DNA of 32,000 bases from contig NC_004459.3 in NCBI RefSeq assembly GCF_000039765.1, positions 30,001-62,000 of the forward strand, read 5' to 3'. The DNA is from Vibrio vulnificus CMCP6. Its GTDB lineage: Bacteria > Pseudomonadota > Gammaproteobacteria > Enterobacterales > Vibrionaceae. How positions within the stretch are numbered: the first letter of the stretch is position 1; each line of letters begins with the position of its first letter. Made by a program: the position numbers and the translations under genes. This document shows, one piece after another, positions 29,102 through 32,000 of the stretch. The notes under the pieces are model-generated. The model was not told the DNA's origin. It worked only from the letters and a program-made list of their open reading frames with translations, and made no database searches.

Positions 29102-30623
29102 TATTACCTTTGGCCAAGGCAGACTGACGATTGAGGATGTTGCGGCGATCGCTCAAGGCGCAAAGGCCACGTTAAACAACTCAGTTGAATTTACCGCCAA
29201 AATCGACCGCGGTGTCGCCTTTCTAGAACGCCTTCTTAAAGAAGAAGGGGTGATCTATGGCGTCACCACTGGATACGGCGACTCTTGTACAGTCGCGATA
29301 CCGCCTCAATTGGTTGAAGAATTGCCCCTTCACCTAACGCGCTTTCACGGCTGTGGCTTAGGCAAAATTCTCACCCATGAGCAAGCGCGCGCGGTGCTTG
29401 CTACACGTCTGTGTTCTTTATCACAAGGCGTTTCGGGCGTAAGTCATGACTTACTTAATCAGATCGTAACTTTGATTAATCACGATATTTCACCTCGCAT
29501 TCCTGAAGAAGGTTCGGTAGGGGCCAGTGGCGATCTGACTCCCCTTTCCTACCTTGCTGCAGCGCTGGTTGGTGAGCGAGAAGTGATCTACCAAGGTGAA
29601 GAGCGTGCAACCGCCGAGGTTTACGCCGAACTGGGCATCCAACCGATTAAACTGCGTCCTAAAGAGGGCTTGGCGCTCATGAACGGCACATCAGTGATGA
29701 CCGCGTTAGCTTGCCTTGCCTACAAACGCGCGGAGTATCTAGCGCAGCTCAGCACCAAAATCACCGCAATGGTCTCTGTGGCCATGCACGGTAATGACTT
29801 CCATTTTGATGAAGCGCTCTTTGCAGTCAAACCTCATCCTGGCCAACAACAGATCGCCGCTTGGTTGCGAGATGACTTGAAAGCCGATAAGCCACCACGC
29901 AACAGTGACCGTCTGCAAGATCGTTACTCATTACGCTGTGCGCCGCACGTGATTGGTGTTGTCCAAGATTCACTACCTTGGTTGCGCCAAATGATCGAAA
30001 ACGAGCTCAACAGCGCCAATGACAACCCAATCATCGATGGTGACAACGAACGTGTTTTACACGGCGGTCACTTCTATGGTGGTCACATTGCCATGGCAAT
30101 GGACACACTGAAAACCGGTATTGCCAACCTCGCGGATCTGCTCGATCGTCAAATGGCACAATTGATGGATTACAAGTTCAACAATGGCTTACCATTTAAC
30201 TTGAGCGGTGCCGAAGGGGAACGCAAGCCCATCAACCATGGCTTTAAAGCGGTGCAAATTGGTATTTCTGCCTGGACCGCAGAAGCGCTCAAGCACACCA
30301 TGCCTGCCAGTGTATTCTCGCGCTCTACCGAGTGTCACAACCAAGACAAAGTGAGCATGGGGACTATCGCTGCCCGCGATTGTTTGCGAGTATTGGAACT
30401 GACCGAACAGGTGGCAGCCGCGTCTCTACTTGCTGCAACGCAAGGGATCGAAATTCGCCGCCGTCGTGGTGAACTGGACGAAAACCACATGAGCGATCGC
30501 CTAAAAGCCATCTGCAGCTCGGTACTCAATGAGTTTGAATTTGTCACTGAAGATCGCCCATTGGAAAAAGATCTACGCCAGTTCATCGCTCACATTCAAC
30601 AGCGTCATTGGTCACTGTATTAA
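29079..30623 (+). CDS. MIO-type aromatic amino acid ammonia-lyase (HAL/PAL/TAL family) of the APE cluster
   Basis: 514 aa; MIO triad in GSVGASGDLTPLSYLAAALVGE, YGVTTGYGDS, NSANDNPIID, HGGHFYGGHIAMAMD. Confidence 0.93.
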   Translation: MTMQAENNITFGQGRLTIEDVAAIAQGAKATLNNSVEFTAKIDRGVAFLERLLKEEGVIYGVTTGYGDSCTVAIPPQLVEELPLHLTRFHGCGLGKILTHEQARAVLATRLCSLSQGVSGVSHDLLNQIVTLINHDISPRIPEEGSVGASGDLTPLSYLAAALVGEREVIYQGEERATAEVYAELGIQPIKLRPKEGLALMNGTSVMTALACLAYKRAEYLAQLSTKITAMVSVAMHGNDFHFDEALFAVKPHPGQQQIAAWLRDDLKADKPPRNSDRLQDRYSLRCAPHVIGVVQDSLPWLRQMIENELNSANDNPIIDGDNERVLHGGHFYGGHIAMAMDTLKTGIANLADLLDRQMAQLMDYKFNNGLPFNLSGAEGERKPINHGFKAVQIGISAWTAEALKHTMPASVFSRSTECHNQDKVSMGTIAARDCLRVLELTEQVAAASLLAATQGIEIRRRRGELDENHMSDRLKAICSSVLNEFEFVTEDRPLEKDLRQFIAHIQQRHWSLY

Positions 30624-30631
30624 GAGGTTCT

Positions 30632-31078
30632 ATGACAGACGTACTTTATCCACTAGAAGCTGAGGTAACTTTGGTGACCTCGTTTCAAGATGCCGACCCT
30701 ATGGGGGTTATCTATCACGGTAATTACTTCCGATTTTTTGAAGAAGCAAGACGTGTGATGATGGAGAAAATCGATTATGGCTATCAACAAATGAGCGCGT
30801 CAGGATTCATGTGGCCAGTGATTGATGTTCAGGTAAAGTACGTCCGAGCCATTCCTTTTAATCACGCAATTCGCGTCAAAGCGACGCTGAGCGAATGGGA
30901 AAATCGCTTACGAGTGCATTATCAAATCTTTGATGCCGCCACTGGGCAACGCATGTGTAAAGCGCATACCACTCAGGTCGCCGTCAGCATTGAAGATCAA
31001 GAGATGCGATTAGCATCGCCCTCGGTGTTTCTCGAACGCGTCCATCAATGGCATCAAAACGGAGCGTACCTATGCTAA
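30632..31078 (+). CDS. apeK: Acyl-CoA/ACP thioesterase, 4-hydroxybenzoyl-CoA thioesterase-like (ApeK-like)
   Basis: Hot-dog thioesterase VTSFQDADPMGVIYHGNYFRFFEEARRVMMEKIDY. ATG at 30632 has an AAGAGG SD, preferred over the 30608 start in the ORF track. Confidence 0.87.
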   Translation: MTDVLYPLEAEVTLVTSFQDADPMGVIYHGNYFRFFEEARRVMMEKIDYGYQQMSASGFMWPVIDVQVKYVRAIPFNHAIRVKATLSEWENRLRVHYQIFDAATGQRMCKAHTTQVAVSIEDQEMRLASPSVFLERVHQWHQNGAYLC

Positions 31079-31704
31079 TGTCATGGCGACAACACACGCT
31101 CACTTTGTGGCTACTGGTTTGCACACTGTTTTCTCCGCTGAGCTGGGCCCAAGTGAGCAACCTAGATGAATTGCAAGCGCAGCTTTCCAAACACGATCTG
31201 GTGCGAGGCCAGTTCACCCAACAACGCCATTTGGAAATGTTTAACCAACCCTTGAGTTCTCAAGGGCAATTTGTGTTAGACAAAAGCCATGGTCTGTTGT
31301 GGCAACAACAAACCCCCTTCCCTGTGAATTTGGTTTTAACGCAAGACAAACTGCGACAAAATTTTGCTGGGCAAGCACCACAAGTGATCACGGCAGAGCA
31401 AAACCCAATGGCGTTTTACTTCAGCCGCATTTTTCTCTCCGTGTTTCATGGAGATACCTCCGCTTTGCAGCGCGAGTTCGAGTTGACGTTACACGTTGAC
31501 GACAATGGATGGCAGCTCGACCTGACACCGACGGCAGCCCCTTTAAATGCGGTATTCAGCAAAATTACCCTCAGAGGTAACGAAGAAATTGACCAACTGG
31601 AACTGGTGGAAAAACGTGGCGATCGCACCGATATTCAATTTTCACAGCAAACGCACACCCCAGAACAGTTGAGCGAAACGGAGCAAAAGCAGTTTGCGTT
31701 TTAA
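31072..31704 (+). CDS. LolA-like outer membrane lipoprotein carrier family protein (ApeL-like)
   Basis: Signal peptide WLLVCTLFSPLSWAQ, then LDELQAQLSKHDLVRGQFTQQRHLEMFNQPLSSQGQFVLDKSHGLLWQQQTPF. ATG at 31072 overlaps the previous stop (ATGCTAATG); 31078 is also possible. Confidence 0.82.
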   Translation: MLMSWRQHTLTLWLLVCTLFSPLSWAQVSNLDELQAQLSKHDLVRGQFTQQRHLEMFNQPLSSQGQFVLDKSHGLLWQQQTPFPVNLVLTQDKLRQNFAGQAPQVITAEQNPMAFYFSRIFLSVFHGDTSALQREFELTLHVDDNGWQLDLTPTAAPLNAVFSKITLRGNEEIDQLELVEKRGDRTDIQFSQQTHTPEQLSETEQKQFAF

Positions 31705-32000
31705 ATCCCCGACGTTAGCCGTTAGCTGGCTTATGGCCGTGATCATGGCCGGTTTGTTGCTGAGCTATCTCTGGTTTGCGCAAGCAACGGCGCCAATCGA
31801 AACCGATATTTTAAAACTGCTGCCTAAAAATCAGCAAAATCCAGTAGCAGAACAAGCGTTTGAGCGCATTGCGGAGACGATGGGCAACAAGGTGATTTTT
31901 ATCGTATCGGGCGATGAGATCGATAAAGTTTACCAAGCAAGCGATGCGCTCACACAGCAGCTCACTCAAAGCGGTTATTTTGCCCAAGTGATGGGCCAAA
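31694..32000 (+). CDS. MMPL/RND-type exporter, N-terminal part (truncated by window end)
   Basis: Not in the ORF track. Frame 31694-32000 is open: (TTG)RFKSPTLAVSWLMAVIMAGLLLSYLWFAQATAPIETDILKLLPKNQQNPVAEQAFERIAETMGNKVIFIVSGDEIDKVYQASDALTQQLTQSGYFAQVMGQ. The TM1 plus ETDILKLLP pattern is typical of the family. Start codon TTG inferred from overlap with the LolA-like gene and an upstream GGAG. Confidence 0.75.
   Translation, partial: MRFKSPTLAVSWLMAVIMAGLLLSYLWFAQATAPIETDILKLLPKNQQNPVAEQAFERIAETMGNKVIFIVSGDEIDKVYQASDALTQQLTQSGYFAQVMGQ

Noticed and set aside
1-32000. CRISPR array, phage, integron or toxin-antitoxin/defence island
   Set aside because: No regularly spaced direct repeats, integrase, transposase ORF, attC-like cassettes or known defence genes are visible. 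The only repeats seen are the dctP-upstream pairs, a short tandem and the ERIC element.
1-32000. tRNA or rRNA genes
   Set aside because: No rRNA-like conserved stretches or GTTCGAATC-type T-loop with cloverleaf context were noticed. A tRNAscan-SE run would be needed to exclude them formally.

Overview
Chromosomal window whose protein families and repeats look Vibrionaceae-like (inference; no database search was run). Left to right: 3' end of a DctD-type sigma-54 response regulator; a DUF3857/transglutaminase-like exported protein; a TRAP dicarboxylate transporter operon (dctPQM); a glucose-type sugar ABC transporter (binding protein, two permeases, MsmK/UgpC-type ATPase) with its adjacent OmpR-family two-component system; an ERIC repeat; selO; a methyl-accepting chemotaxis protein; and an M6-family metalloprotease with a GlyGly-CTERM tail. 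From about 20.1 kb to the right edge lies the left part of an aryl polyene (APE/xanthomonadin/flexirubin-type pigment) biosynthesis cluster. It has a divergent arm (halogenase-like flavoenzyme, O-methyltransferase-like protein, small lipoprotein) and a main arm (KS chain-length-factor-like, acyltransferase, two ACPs, COG4648 membrane protein, AMP-ligase, dehydratase, GT2-acyltransferase fusion, MIO-type ammonia-lyase, thioesterase, LolA-like protein, MMPL exporter start). The cluster class is already known, so I do not claim a new system. The least routine parts are the ammonia-lyase with an F-H selectivity pair, the WxWxIP halogenase-like enzyme, a small overlapping upstream ORF in the short divergent spacer, a candidate sigma-54 promoter with tandem 18-bp repeats upstream of dctP, an 11-bp-phased GTAAC/GTTAC operator-like array upstream of the sugar-binding gene, and strong hairpins just after both solute-binding genes.
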